This document shows, in pieces, positions 1 to 9,789 of a stretch of DNA of 64,000 nucleotides; the stretch's first letter is position 1; every line of letters starts with the position of its first letter. A model generated the notes under the pieces. The model was not told the origin of the DNA. It was given only the letters and a program-made list of their open reading frames with translations, and searched no databases. This DNA is from an uncultured Chlamydiae bacterium (GTDB lineage Bacteria > Chlamydiota > Chlamydiia > Chlamydiales > Parachlamydiaceae). Location: NCBI GenBank assembly GCA_963830365.1, contig CAWHMU010000045.1, positions 96,001-160,000 on the forward strand, in the 5' to 3' direction. A program made the translations under genes and the position numbers.

Positions 1-975
1 TTGCTTCTTCACGATGAAGATCGCCTCATCCGTATACTTACAAATAAGGATCGCCCGGTGCAGCTCATCATTGCAGGCAAGGCCCATCCGGCAGATAGCG
101 AAGGGCACGCGCTGATAAAAAAATGGATGAATTTTATTTCCAGACCTGAGGCGCGTCCGCATGTGATCTTCCTAAGCGATGACGACATGATTTTAACAGA
201 ACATCTAGTGCAGGGCGTTGATTTGTGGATCAATACTCCTCGGAGGCCTTGGGAAGCATGCGGAACGAGCGGGATGAAAGTGCTCGTCAATGGAGGACTG
301 AACCTCTCGGAACTGGATGGTTGGTGGGCGGAAGCTTATGTTCCTGAAGTCGGTTGGGCATTGGGAGATGGCAAGGAACATGGCGATGATCCCATTTGGG
401 ATAAAGCAGAGGCAAACTCTCTTTACGAATTACTGGAAAGAGATGTAATTCCAGAATTTTATACGCGGGATGATAGAAAGATTCCTACTGCCTGGATAGC
501 AAAGATCCGCGAGAGCATGGCTCGGTTGACACCCCATTTTTCTGCTAACCGTGCAGTGCGCGAATACACGGAGAGATTCTATCTTCCGTTAGCGGCAGGC
601 TATCGAAAGCGAGCTGAAAATAACGGCGCCTTAGCGAAACAAATAGCCGATTGGAAGCTCTCTCTTAAAGAGAATTGGGGCAAGGTGGGATTTGGCGAAT
701 TAAAAATAGAATCCGGTAACAGTCAGCAGCGGTTTGAGATTCAGGTCTATCTCAATAATTTGGATCGTCACTCTATAAAAGTGGAGCTTTACTCAGCAGC
801 CATGACAAAAGAAATGGAATATCTGGGCCAGATTCCAAATTCTCAGAATGGGCATATGTATCGCGTGGAAGTTTCAGCTGAGCATCAGGCCTCCAGCTTC
901 ACTCCGCGAATCATCCCGGATTATCCAGGCGTGGCTATTCCTCTTGAATCGAATCAAATCTTATGGCAAAGGTGA
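1..975 (+). CDS. glgP: alpha-glucan (glycogen/maltodextrin) phosphorylase, C-terminal part (gene starts before the window)
   Basis: IIAGKAHP, GVDLWINTP, EACGTSGMK (PLP lysine), NGGLNLSELDGWW motifs. Confidence 0.92.
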   Translation: MLLHDEDRLIRILTNKDRPVQLIIAGKAHPADSEGHALIKKWMNFISRPEARPHVIFLSDDDMILTEHLVQGVDLWINTPRRPWEACGTSGMKVLVNGGLNLSELDGWWAEAYVPEVGWALGDGKEHGDDPIWDKAEANSLYELLERDVIPEFYTRDDRKIPTAWIAKIRESMARLTPHFSANRAVREYTERFYLPLAAGYRKRAENNGALAKQIADWKLSLKENWGKVGFGELKIESGNSQQRFEIQVYLNNLDRHSIKVELYSAAMTKEMEYLGQIPNSQNGHMYRVEVSAEHQASSFTPRIIPDYPGVAIPLESNQILWQR

Positions 976-980
976 ACATA

Positions 981-2627
981 ATGAAGATAAGCCCCCTTGC
1001 AGGAAAACCGCCCCCACCGTCAATACTAGTTGATGTGCCGAATCTGATTGAAGCTTATTATACCGGAATTCCAGATCCGTCCATTCCGGCCCAGCAAGTT
1101 GCATTTGGCACCTCAGGACATCGCGGTTCTTCCTTCGATAAGAGTTTCAACGAAAACCACATTCTAGCGATTAGTCAAGCGATCTGTTTATACCGAATGC
1201 AGCAGAAAATCGATGGCCCCTTATTTCTTGGGATGGATACGCATGCCCTTTCCTTGCCAGCTCTAAAAAGTGCCCTTGAAGTCCTGGCAGCAAATGGAGT
1301 GACGGTGATGCTATCTGTGGATGATGAATATACTCCGACCCCAGCTATTTCCCATGCTATTCTCACATATAACCGCGGACGCAAGAGCCAGCTTGCCGAT
1401 GGCATTGTTGTTACCCCATCACATAATCCCCCATCCGAAGGCGGCTTTAAATACAATCCTCCAAATGGAGGCCCAGCTGAACCTTTAATCACAAATTGGA
1501 TTCAAGACAAAGCCAACGAGTTTCTCAAAAATAAAATGTCGGGCATCAAGCGAATTCCATACGAAAAGGCGGTGTATGCTTCTACCACGAAGAGGCATAA
1601 TTATCTTAAAGCTTATGTTGCCGATCTTGCCAATGTGATCGACATGGAAGCCATTCGCCAATCACAGATCCACATTGGCGTGGATCCGCTTGGCGGTGCT
1701 GGAGTCCATTATTGGAAACCGATAGCAGATATGTATGGGATCAACCTCACGATTGTCAACGAAACAGTCGATCCCACCTTTCGCTTTATGACGGTCGATT
1801 GGGACGGAAAAATTCGTATGGATCCTTCCTCTCCTTATGCGATGCAAGGTTTGATCGGTATGAAAGACCATTTTGATATTGCATTTGCCTGCGATACCGA
1901 TTACGACAGGCATGGAATCGTCACCAAAAGTGCGGGTTTGCTTCCCCCGAATCATTATCTTTCTGCCGCTATCCTATACCTTTTTCAACATCGGCCTAAG
2001 TGGCATAAGAACGCGGCTGTAGGAAAAACTCTTGTTAGCAGCCAGATGATCGACCGCGTGACGAAAAAACTGGGACGAAAACTTTATGAAGTTCCTGTTG
2101 GTTTTAAATGGTTCGTGGATGGCTTGCTGGATGGTTCTCTCGGCTTCGGAGGCGAAGAGAGCGCTGGCGCTTCGTTTGCTCGTTTGGACGGCAGCGTATG
2201 GACGACGGATAAAGATGGAATTATTTTGGCCTTACTTTCCGCAGAAATTACCGCCAAGCTTGGCAGGGATCCTGGAGAACTCTACCAGGATTTAATTCAT
2301 GAATTTGGAGATCCTGCATATAACCGAGTTGAAGCTCCGGCTACGCCGGCGCAAAAAAAGATCTTAAAGAATCTATCCCCAGAGAATGTCCACTCTAAGC
2401 AGTTAGCAGGCGAAGAGATCTCGGCCATTTTAACAAAAGCCCCGGGAAATGGAGCTCCTATCGGAGGGGTAAAAGTGATCGCTGAGAATGGCTGGTTTGC
2501 AGCCCGCCCATCAGGTACCGAAGATATCTATAAAATATATGGAGAAAGTTTCCTGGGAGCGGAACATTTGGAGCGCATTCTGAAAGAGGCTCAAACAATA
2601 GTCAATGCCGCATTAGGTAGTCGCTAG
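981..2627 (+). CDS. pgm: phosphoglucomutase, alpha-D-glucose phosphate-specific
   Basis: FGTSGHRG, TPSHNPP phosphoserine loop, DTDYDRH metal loop, GEESAG, RPSGTE. Confidence 0.95.
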   Translation: MKISPLAGKPPPPSILVDVPNLIEAYYTGIPDPSIPAQQVAFGTSGHRGSSFDKSFNENHILAISQAICLYRMQQKIDGPLFLGMDTHALSLPALKSALEVLAANGVTVMLSVDDEYTPTPAISHAILTYNRGRKSQLADGIVVTPSHNPPSEGGFKYNPPNGGPAEPLITNWIQDKANEFLKNKMSGIKRIPYEKAVYASTTKRHNYLKAYVADLANVIDMEAIRQSQIHIGVDPLGGAGVHYWKPIADMYGINLTIVNETVDPTFRFMTVDWDGKIRMDPSSPYAMQGLIGMKDHFDIAFACDTDYDRHGIVTKSAGLLPPNHYLSAAILYLFQHRPKWHKNAAVGKTLVSSQMIDRVTKKLGRKLYEVPVGFKWFVDGLLDGSLGFGGEESAGASFARLDGSVWTTDKDGIILALLSAEITAKLGRDPGELYQDLIHEFGDPAYNRVEAPATPAQKKILKNLSPENVHSKQLAGEEISAILTKAPGNGAPIGGVKVIAENGWFAARPSGTEDIYKIYGESFLGAEHLERILKEAQTIVNAALGSR

Positions 2628-2787
2628 TTTCGGTAAGTCATTTTTTTGGCTTATTTCATTTATTTTCAGCCATCGCTTGACTCTAACGTTATACTGATGG
2701 CATCCTTTTATTCCTTTGGAATATAAGTTCATGCAGTCAGGGGCCCGGCAGAGTTTCGATGGATTTTTAATGCAATGAAGGATCAAT

Positions 2788-3228
2788 ATGGACAAAATAA
2801 GGCAGCAAAATCAAGCCAAGTTCTTGGCTATCAGGAAATTAAATTTGCCGGTCGGCGCCTATGCCATCACCGCCAGCGGTGTGCTGGGGATTCGGAATCT
2901 GAGAGCCATTGGGGATATCGATATTATTGTCACGCAGCCATTATGGGAGGCCTTGACGGCTGAATATGGCATAACGGATAGCCATGGAGTACAGAAAATC
3001 GTTTTTCCGGATGGTATTGTGGAAGCCTTTCGCGAAGGCTCATTTCATTGCTCGCCAGCAGGTGAAAATGCTCCAAATATGGCCGATCGCATCGCCAAGG
3101 CCGAAATAATCGACGGACTACCATTTGATGCCCTTGAAAATGTTCTTTACTATAAGCGGAAGATGGGCAGAGACAAAGACTTAAAGGACATGCTGCTCAT
3201 TAAGCAATGGCTGGAAATGCAAAATTAG
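2788..3228 (+). CDS. hypothetical protein, minimal nucleotidyltransferase-like
   Basis: ASG...R...DIDIIV motif and C-terminal R.KD..D. Confidence 0.55.
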   Translation: MDKIRQQNQAKFLAIRKLNLPVGAYAITASGVLGIRNLRAIGDIDIIVTQPLWEALTAEYGITDSHGVQKIVFPDGIVEAFREGSFHCSPAGENAPNMADRIAKAEIIDGLPFDALENVLYYKRKMGRDKDLKDMLLIKQWLEMQN

Positions 3229-3381
3229 TGACTTATCGCAAATTGACGGGTGTGTATATCGTTTTTAAATAGGGCAGCGGGCAGCGGCTTCACAAGAAAA
3301 TGAGGAAATGATTAAACGCCTTTATCTTTAATGCTTAATCTTTTATCCTTTAACTTTTAATCTTTATAAGTATTTATTTCT

Positions 3382-4134
3382 ATGAACTTTGCAGTAGACG
3401 GTAAGCATCGGGATTTCTTTCGCACGCAGCGTTGGATTGAGTTTGAAGGATTGCTTTCTTCAGCTCAACGCGAGCTGATGCTTAAGGAGATTGATGCTGT
3501 GTTGGCAGCGCGCCTAAAAACTTCGACCGCACATCTTCAAAAGCTTTCTATGGATAAAATCTTTGCCGCCGGACACGATCTGTGGCGGGGAGCTGCCGTG
3601 TTGAAAAAGAATATCCTGAGCAGAAGCCTTGCCGAGGCGGCAGCAGAATTGATCGAGCATAAGCCGTTGCGTTTCGGCTATGACATGCTTTTGCCCATGA
3701 CGACAGCTGCCATCGCCGCGCAAAGTACTTACGCCGCGCTGTTAGGCCAAACACCGGCCTTGCAGGATATCTGCTGCATTCAGGGCGCACTTTGCGGCCT
3801 GATGCTTTGTCTTAAAGCGGAGCCACAGCCAGCCCTTGACGAGGTTGTTCCCGCGGCGGCTATTTCTGAGGACACACTTTCAGGGGAGGTCGCTGCTTCG
3901 ACGTTGTTTTCGCTGACGGCCGGCCATGGAGTGATCTTCGCAGCCGACGTGCCTATTAATTTTGCCGAGCTGACCAAACGGCAAGGTTATGTTTATCTGA
4001 TGCTCGTCTATACGCAAGCCAAAGCCGTTTACCGGATGCAGCCTGATGATCCGCATGCCTATGATTTTAAGCAGCTGGGTTATAATTTCGGCGACAGGCT
4101 GACCGATAATCTCAACCCCATCGTTTATGCCTAA
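3382..4134 (+). CDS. conserved hypothetical protein
   Basis: 250-aa ORF overlapping the start of the next gene. Confidence 0.6.
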   Translation: MNFAVDGKHRDFFRTQRWIEFEGLLSSAQRELMLKEIDAVLAARLKTSTAHLQKLSMDKIFAAGHDLWRGAAVLKKNILSRSLAEAAAELIEHKPLRFGYDMLLPMTTAAIAAQSTYAALLGQTPALQDICCIQGALCGLMLCLKAEPQPALDEVVPAAAISEDTLSGEVAASTLFSLTAGHGVIFAADVPINFAELTKRQGYVYLMLVYTQAKAVYRMQPDDPHAYDFKQLGYNFGDRLTDNLNPIVYA

Positions 4135-4864
4135 GCCAGGCCGATGGCGGCTGCTTGATACCGGCCTTGGCAGTGCCGAAGAGAATATGGCGCTGGATGT
4201 CAAGCTGCTGGAAGATCTTGCGACCACACCATCCGACCATGCCGTGTTGCATCTGTATGACTGGGAAGGTATGTGCGCCACGTATGGCTATTTCATTGAT
4301 CCTGATACGTTATTGTGCCGGCAGGCTGTGGCCAAACGCGGTTTGCAGCTGGCCAGGCGCCCGACGGGCGGCGGCATCATCTTCCATGTGGCAGACCTAG
4401 CTTTCTCCGTATTAGTACCGGCCGGACATCCCGGCTATTCCGTCAATACCCTCGATAACTATGCCTATATCAATGCCCTCGTTGTGCGGGTGGTGAAAAG
4501 CTTCAGCGGCGAAAATGCTGATCTTTTTCTATTGCCGGCAGAACCCGTGCCGCTGGATGCCCACGCCCGCCATTTCTGCATGGCGAAGCCTACCAAATAT
4601 GATGTGATGCTTAGCGGCCGTAAGGTCGGTGGCGGGGCGCAGCGGCGCACGCGGCACGGCTTCTTGCATCAAGGTACGATATCACTGGCCTTGCCCGACG
4701 AGCAGCTGTTGCAAGAGGTGCTGCTGCCGGGCACCGCGGTGCTGGCAGCCATGCGCCTAAACACCTGCGCCTTGCTTTGCGGCACCCCCTCAGCCCAAGC
4801 CATCAGTGAGGCGCGGCAATCGCTTAAGGACATCTTCCAAAATCAGCTGAAAGACAGCTTCTAG
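4127..4864 (+). CDS. lipoate-protein ligase family protein (BPL/LplA/LipB domain)
   Basis: NMALD..LL, RRPTGGGIIFH, KVGGGAQRR, LHQGTI. Confidence 0.88.
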   Translation: MPKPGRWRLLDTGLGSAEENMALDVKLLEDLATTPSDHAVLHLYDWEGMCATYGYFIDPDTLLCRQAVAKRGLQLARRPTGGGIIFHVADLAFSVLVPAGHPGYSVNTLDNYAYINALVVRVVKSFSGENADLFLLPAEPVPLDAHARHFCMAKPTKYDVMLSGRKVGGGAQRRTRHGFLHQGTISLALPDEQLLQEVLLPGTAVLAAMRLNTCALLCGTPSAQAISEARQSLKDIFQNQLKDSF

Positions 4865-6561
4865 TTTTTTTGCTTAGCATAGCCCAAAGCCGCATCAAGA
4901 TGGGGGAAGATATGCTGCTGGCCTACGGCGGCAGAGATGCCGGTATCTGCCAGCAGGCTGGCAAGAGGGTCTCTGATGCCGGAAAGCAGCAGGGTGATGT
5001 TCTTTTGCCGGCAGGCGGCAATGAAATCGTTAAGGGCTTTGATGCCTGAGGCGTCGATGGCCGAGACTTTGCGCATCCTGAGAATGAAGATTTTCGGCAT
5101 CACGGCCATTTGGCGCCATTGCTCGTTAAGCAGGTCGGACACGCCAAAAAAGAACGGCCCATTGATTTCAAAGACTGTGGTGTCCGGCGGCACATCCTTT
5201 CTAAAGATCAGGTCCGAATCGTGCGCGCCGGGATGTTCATGGGCGTTTTCTTCGAGCAGGATCTGGCAAATATTAACGGTGGTGGTATCAGACATGCGTT
5301 TTACAAAAAGCACCGCCGCAAGTAAAACGCCAATTTGCACGGCTACGGTAAGATCGACCAGCACGGTCAGCAGGAAGGTGGTGATTAAAACTAAGGCATC
5401 GCTACGCTGTCCTTTAAGGATGGAAAAAAAATGATCCAGTTCACTCATATTCCAGGCTACAAAGATTAGCACGGCAGCTAAAGCGGGCAGAGGGATTTTT
5501 GCCGCTGCCGGCGCCAGCAGCAGCATTACCAGCAAGAGGGTGATGGCATGGATCATGCCCGCCAGTGGCGTTTTAGCCCCCAGCTTGATATTGGCGGCCG
5601 TGCGCGCAATAGCGCCGGTGGCGGGGATGCCGCCAAAAAGAATCGAACCTATATTTGCCAGTCCCTGGGCGATAAGCTCGCAATTGGACCTGTGGCGGTG
5701 GCCTGTCATGCCGTCCGCGACAAGCGCCGACAGTAGCGATTCGATGGCCCCCAGCAGGGCAATCGTAATGGCATCGGGGAAAACAGCCCGCACCTGTTCA
5801 AGAGAAAAGGTGGGGAAGCCAGGACTTGGCACGGTGCTGGGAATGCCGCCAAACTTCGACTGGATGGTTTGTATTGGCAGGTCGAATAGCATGCTTGCCA
5901 GTGTGGCGATGATGATGGCGATGATGACGTTTGGCCATCTAGGCTTGAGCCAACGCAGAAAGAAGATTAGAAATAATGTGGCCGCAGCCAGCCCTGACGA
6001 CCAAAGGTTGCAGGTGAAGGCTGACTCGATGTATAGCGTCCATTTCTCAATAAAATCCGCCGGCACGGTCTCGATGCATAATCCAAAGAAATCCTTGATT
6101 TGCGATGAGAAGATGGCGACGGCGATGCCCGTCGTAAAACCTATGGTCACCGGATAGGGAATGAATTTAAGGAAGACGCCAAAGCGTGCCAAACCCATCA
6201 GGATCATCATGGCCCCGCCCAGCACTGTGGCAATGGCCAGACCTTCATACCCATGCCGTTGCACGATATCAAAGACGATGACGATGAAGGCGCCTGTCGG
6301 GCCGCCGATCTGCACGCGGCTGCCTCCAAGCAGTGATATCAGAAAGCCTGCGAAGATGGCCGTATAAATGCCCCGTTCAGGCGTAAGGCCCGAGCCGATG
6401 GCAAAGGCTATAGCCAGCGGCAGGGCGATCAGTCCTACCGTGACGCCGGCGCGCAGGTCATCCCAAAACATCTTGCGCGTGTAGCCTTCGCGCCAGCATA
6501 CGATGCTCATCGGCACAAGGTCTTTAAAGAAAGCAGATAGTTTGGAAAGCAGTTCAGACAT
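4861..6561 (-). CDS. SulP/SLC26 family anion transporter with STAS domain
   Basis: AGVTVGLIALPLAIAFA, GGSRVQIGGPTGAF, C-terminal GPFFFG...IDASG. Confidence 0.93.
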   Translation of the reverse strand: MSELLSKLSAFFKDLVPMSIVCWREGYTRKMFWDDLRAGVTVGLIALPLAIAFAIGSGLTPERGIYTAIFAGFLISLLGGSRVQIGGPTGAFIVIVFDIVQRHGYEGLAIATVLGGAMMILMGLARFGVFLKFIPYPVTIGFTTGIAVAIFSSQIKDFFGLCIETVPADFIEKWTLYIESAFTCNLWSSGLAAATLFLIFFLRWLKPRWPNVIIAIIIATLASMLFDLPIQTIQSKFGGIPSTVPSPGFPTFSLEQVRAVFPDAITIALLGAIESLLSALVADGMTGHRHRSNCELIAQGLANIGSILFGGIPATGAIARTAANIKLGAKTPLAGMIHAITLLLVMLLLAPAAAKIPLPALAAVLIFVAWNMSELDHFFSILKGQRSDALVLITTFLLTVLVDLTVAVQIGVLLAAVLFVKRMSDTTTVNICQILLEENAHEHPGAHDSDLIFRKDVPPDTTVFEINGPFFFGVSDLLNEQWRQMAVMPKIFILRMRKVSAIDASGIKALNDFIAACRQKNITLLLSGIRDPLASLLADTGISAAVGQQHIFPHLDAALGYAKQKN

Positions 6562-6677
6562 AGTCACCTACCAGACAAAAATAATATTCCCAAGCGGATC
6601 AATAGTCAAGAGAGTTTGATTTTCCAAAAGAAATTAACACAAATAAGCCGGCGCGCGGTATTAGAAATTCCATAAGA

Positions 6678-6707
6678 ATGTAGCCCAAGCTTTAGTCTGC
6701 GCTACAT
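6678..6707. repeat. GTAG-type REP-like palindrome
   Basis: atGTAGcccaagctttagtctgcgCTACat imperfect inverted repeat with GTAG ends. Confidence 0.5.
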
Positions 6708-6769
6708 AATTAAGTCTAAGAGCATGCCTGCTGTGTTGATCCTGACTATCCTGCCATCCTGCTATTTTC

Positions 6770-7008
6770 GGTTCATCGCACAAACGAGTGGTTGACAGAG
6801 ATGAGCGCTCAAGAACTCACGACGTGAAAGGACTTTGAGGATTGGGGTCTGGCTTGTGATTTGTGATTTGAAAGTCCTAAATGCATTAGAAAGCCCGACG
6901 CCTTTCAAATCGCAAATCGCAAGCCTGACCTCAAACCGTTCAGCCAAAGCTTACATGATGAGTTTTTGAGATGTTAGCTCTGTCAACCACTCATTTGTGT
7001 GATGACCC
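6770..7008. mobile_element. MITE family A, copy 1 (239 bp, 8-bp target duplication)
   Basis: TIRs ggttcatcgcacaaacgagtggttgacagag / ctctgtcaaccactcatttgtgtgatgaccc; direct repeat CTATTTTC at 6762-6769 and 7009-7016; internal long hairpin; second copy at 42947. Confidence 0.85.
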
Positions 7009-7109
7009 CTATTTTCTTTTGCAGCTTGTTCCCATTGTGCCTCTGCGTCTTCGCGTCTCTGCGTTGAATCGCGTTCACAGGTTATGGAGCAAGTACAATG
7101 AATCACTTT

Positions 7110-8606
7110 TTAGAGCAGGAAGAATTTGAAGGCTTCGGGAAAGTGGTAGATGATGTCCGAAGCCATCACGCCATAAGATGTCATCTCCTCTGCGGCATGC
7201 TCGCCCGCCAGGCCATGCAGAAATACCCCCAAACAGGCGGCGTCATTAGTCGCCATGCCTTGCGCCAGCAGGCCTGTCAACAGGCCTGTCAGCACATCGC
7301 CGCTGCCGGCAGTGGCCATGCCGGGATCACCCGTCGGATTGACGATGTAGGGTTGATCTGGATGAATGATAAACGTCGGCGCGCCTTTTAGGACAAGCGT
7401 GACATTCTTGGCAGAGGCGAAATTGGCACAGGTGGCAAGGAATTCTTCAGTAAGCGCAGGATGGGTAGTCGTTTTCAACAGCCGCATCATCTCGCCATGA
7501 TGGGGAGTGATGATACAGCGCTCAGGGAAGGCAAGTCCCTCTTCAGCTATGATGGTGAGGGCGTCGGCATCAATCACACAAGGTTTCTTAAGCTCCGGCA
7601 GGATCGTGCGCAAAAGGTTGCGTACCTGCTGGGATAAGCCAAGGCCAGGACCGATGAAGGTAGCTGCCGCGCGATTCATCTGGTCGATAATTTCCTTGGT
7701 ATCCTCATAGTGGTAGGACAGGCGAATCAGTTCATAGGGGCTCATGGCAAGTTCTGCTTGCATGCCTTCCGGATGTAAAAGGCGGACGATGCCGGCGCCT
7801 CCCCGCAAGGCGGCGGTGGAGGCGAGCATGGCAGCCCCCGGCATGCCCGGGGATCCTGCCAGGCCGACCACGAGGCCGGCTTCATATTTATGGCGGTTGC
7901 GTTTGATGGGCGGCAATAGGAGCTGCACATCGGCATCAGACAGCATGCGCATATCGGAGGCGCAGCTTTCGATATAGTGCTTCGGCAAGCCGAAATCCAC
8001 ATAGCGCAGCCTGCCGACATATTTCCAGCCGTCGCCAAGGAAGAAACCCTTTTTCGGAAGCCCCAGAAAAGCCGTTTCGCGGGCGATGATGGCCTCGCCA
8101 GACGCTCTACCCGTCTCTCCATCAAGACCTGAAGGAATATCCACGGCAATGATAGGCAAGCCCGAACCATTGGCCAGTCGGATGAGGGCAGCATAGGGTT
8201 CCTCTACGGTGCCGCGGAAACCTGTACCGAAAAGTCCATCCACGATGATGCTATTAGCGGGAAATTCCGACAGGGCCTCTTCAGTCACGCGCCCTCCTTC
8301 ATTAAGAAAGCGCTCATAATTTATTTTGCACAGGTTACTGCCTGTGGATATCGGCACGGCCTGGATGGCGACGACGTCATAGTCCAAATGCAGCAAATGG
8401 ATGCCGGCGACATAGGCATCGCCGCCGTTATTGCCTTTGCCGCACAAAAGGACGACAGTGCGGTTGAGATTGTACTTTTCCACGAAATCATGCACGACCA
8501 GGGCCACGCCGCTGCCGGCTTCTTCCATGAAGTCGGATTCAGAGGACCCATTGCGGTAGGCCAAAGACTCCAGGGCAGACATTTGATGGCATGAAACGAC
8601 TTTCAT
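7110..8606 (-). CDS. nnr: bifunctional NAD(P)H-hydrate epimerase/dehydratase (YjeF)
   Basis: CGKGNNGGD, VDGLFGTG, DIPSG, GPGLG, IDADAL, TPHHGEM, ATAGSGDVL. Confidence 0.93.
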   Translation of the reverse strand: MKVVSCHQMSALESLAYRNGSSESDFMEEAGSGVALVVHDFVEKYNLNRTVVLLCGKGNNGGDAYVAGIHLLHLDYDVVAIQAVPISTGSNLCKINYERFLNEGGRVTEEALSEFPANSIIVDGLFGTGFRGTVEEPYAALIRLANGSGLPIIAVDIPSGLDGETGRASGEAIIARETAFLGLPKKGFFLGDGWKYVGRLRYVDFGLPKHYIESCASDMRMLSDADVQLLLPPIKRNRHKYEAGLVVGLAGSPGMPGAAMLASTAALRGGAGIVRLLHPEGMQAELAMSPYELIRLSYHYEDTKEIIDQMNRAAATFIGPGLGLSQQVRNLLRTILPELKKPCVIDADALTIIAEEGLAFPERCIITPHHGEMMRLLKTTTHPALTEEFLATCANFASAKNVTLVLKGAPTFIIHPDQPYIVNPTGDPGMATAGSGDVLTGLLTGLLAQGMATNDAACLGVFLHGLAGEHAAEEMTSYGVMASDIIYHFPEAFKFFLL

Positions 8607-9601
8607 AGATGTTCTTCTTTTATAGTGCGTTGCATTAAGGCGTATACGGCATCGGCCGGCAGCATGTTTTCGTAAATGATTTTATAGACGATTTCAGTGA
8701 TGGGCATCGGGATATTCAGCTGTTTGCTGAGTTGCAGTGCCGATATACATGTGTATACGCCTTCAACGACCATGTCAATCTTTTCTTCGGCCTGCTTTGG
8801 CATGAGCCCCTGGGCTAGCAGGTAGCCGAAGTGGCAGTTGCGGCTGGTCAGCGAGCAGCAGGTCAGCACCATATCCCCCATGCCTGATAGGCCGTTCAGC
8901 GTCTCTGATTTACATCCCCTGGCCAGTGCCAGTTTGCGGATTTCATGCAGACCGCGCGTGATCAAGGCGGCTTTGGCACTGCTTCCCAGGGCTAAACCTT
9001 CTGAGATGCCGCAGGCGATAGCGATAATATTTTTCAGCGCAGCCCCATAGGCCACACCTTGAATATCGGAATTGGGATAGACGCGGAATGACTTGGTAGT
9101 AAAAACGTCACAGATTTGAAGCATCACTTCAGGACTGAAAGCCGATCCGACCACGGAGGTGGGAAGTCCGCGGATGACTTCTTGGGCGTATCCGGGGCCG
9201 CTTAGTGCGGCGACTTGTGGTCGGATGTGCTCTCCCAGTAACTCGACGGCAATTTCAGGCAGGATCAGGCCGGTGTTCTGTTCTATGCCTTTGGAGGTGA
9301 TGACGATAGGGCAGACAGGTATTTTGAGTTTGCGGATTTCCGCCAGCACGGGTCTTATGCCGGCGGCAGTGACGGCTTCGCCGATAAGTTCAGCGCCTTC
9401 CAGGGCTTCGGCAAGCTCGGTAGTGAAGCGCATCCCTTTTTGGGCCCTGTGTCCCGGCAGATGGGGGTGCTCTTGCTGGTTATTAAGACGCTTGGCAAGG
9501 TCAGGGTTTTTTGTCCAGCAGGTGACATCATGTCCTTTGGATGCCAGCAGCGACGCCAAGCAAAATCCCCAAGTTCCTGCCCCTAGGTAGCCTATTTTCA
9601 T
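8603..9601 (-). CDS. gpsA: NAD(P)H-dependent glycerol-3-phosphate dehydrogenase
   Basis: GAGTWG Rossmann motif, SKGIE, LSGP, ALKNIIAIA, GDMVLTC...SRN; start set at MKIG. Confidence 0.95.
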   Translation of the reverse strand: MKIGYLGAGTWGFCLASLLASKGHDVTCWTKNPDLAKRLNNQQEHPHLPGHRAQKGMRFTTELAEALEGAELIGEAVTAAGIRPVLAEIRKLKIPVCPIVITSKGIEQNTGLILPEIAVELLGEHIRPQVAALSGPGYAQEVIRGLPTSVVGSAFSPEVMLQICDVFTTKSFRVYPNSDIQGVAYGAALKNIIAIACGISEGLALGSSAKAALITRGLHEIRKLALARGCKSETLNGLSGMGDMVLTCCSLTSRNCHFGYLLAQGLMPKQAEEKIDMVVEGVYTCISALQLSKQLNIPMPITEIVYKIIYENMLPADAVYALMQRTIKEEHL

Positions 9602-9789
9602 ACCGATAACCTCAGTTCTATGATTATTATTAATAATACTAAATTTCGAATTCTTAATATAGAGGGAGTTGTCTATTTTTGGATATCTGGCGCATGTAAA
9701 TTGAAATTTTGGTTGCATATAAAGTCGCTAAGATCTAGAAAATGCTGTCTGAAGTAAGGGTTTCAAGGATAATTTAACGAGTCGATATC

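Noticed and set aside
4937..6367. Long antisense ORFs over SulP, and similar ones over waaF, mnmE, sdhAB and uvrB
   Set aside because: Shadow ORFs of GC-rich coding strands
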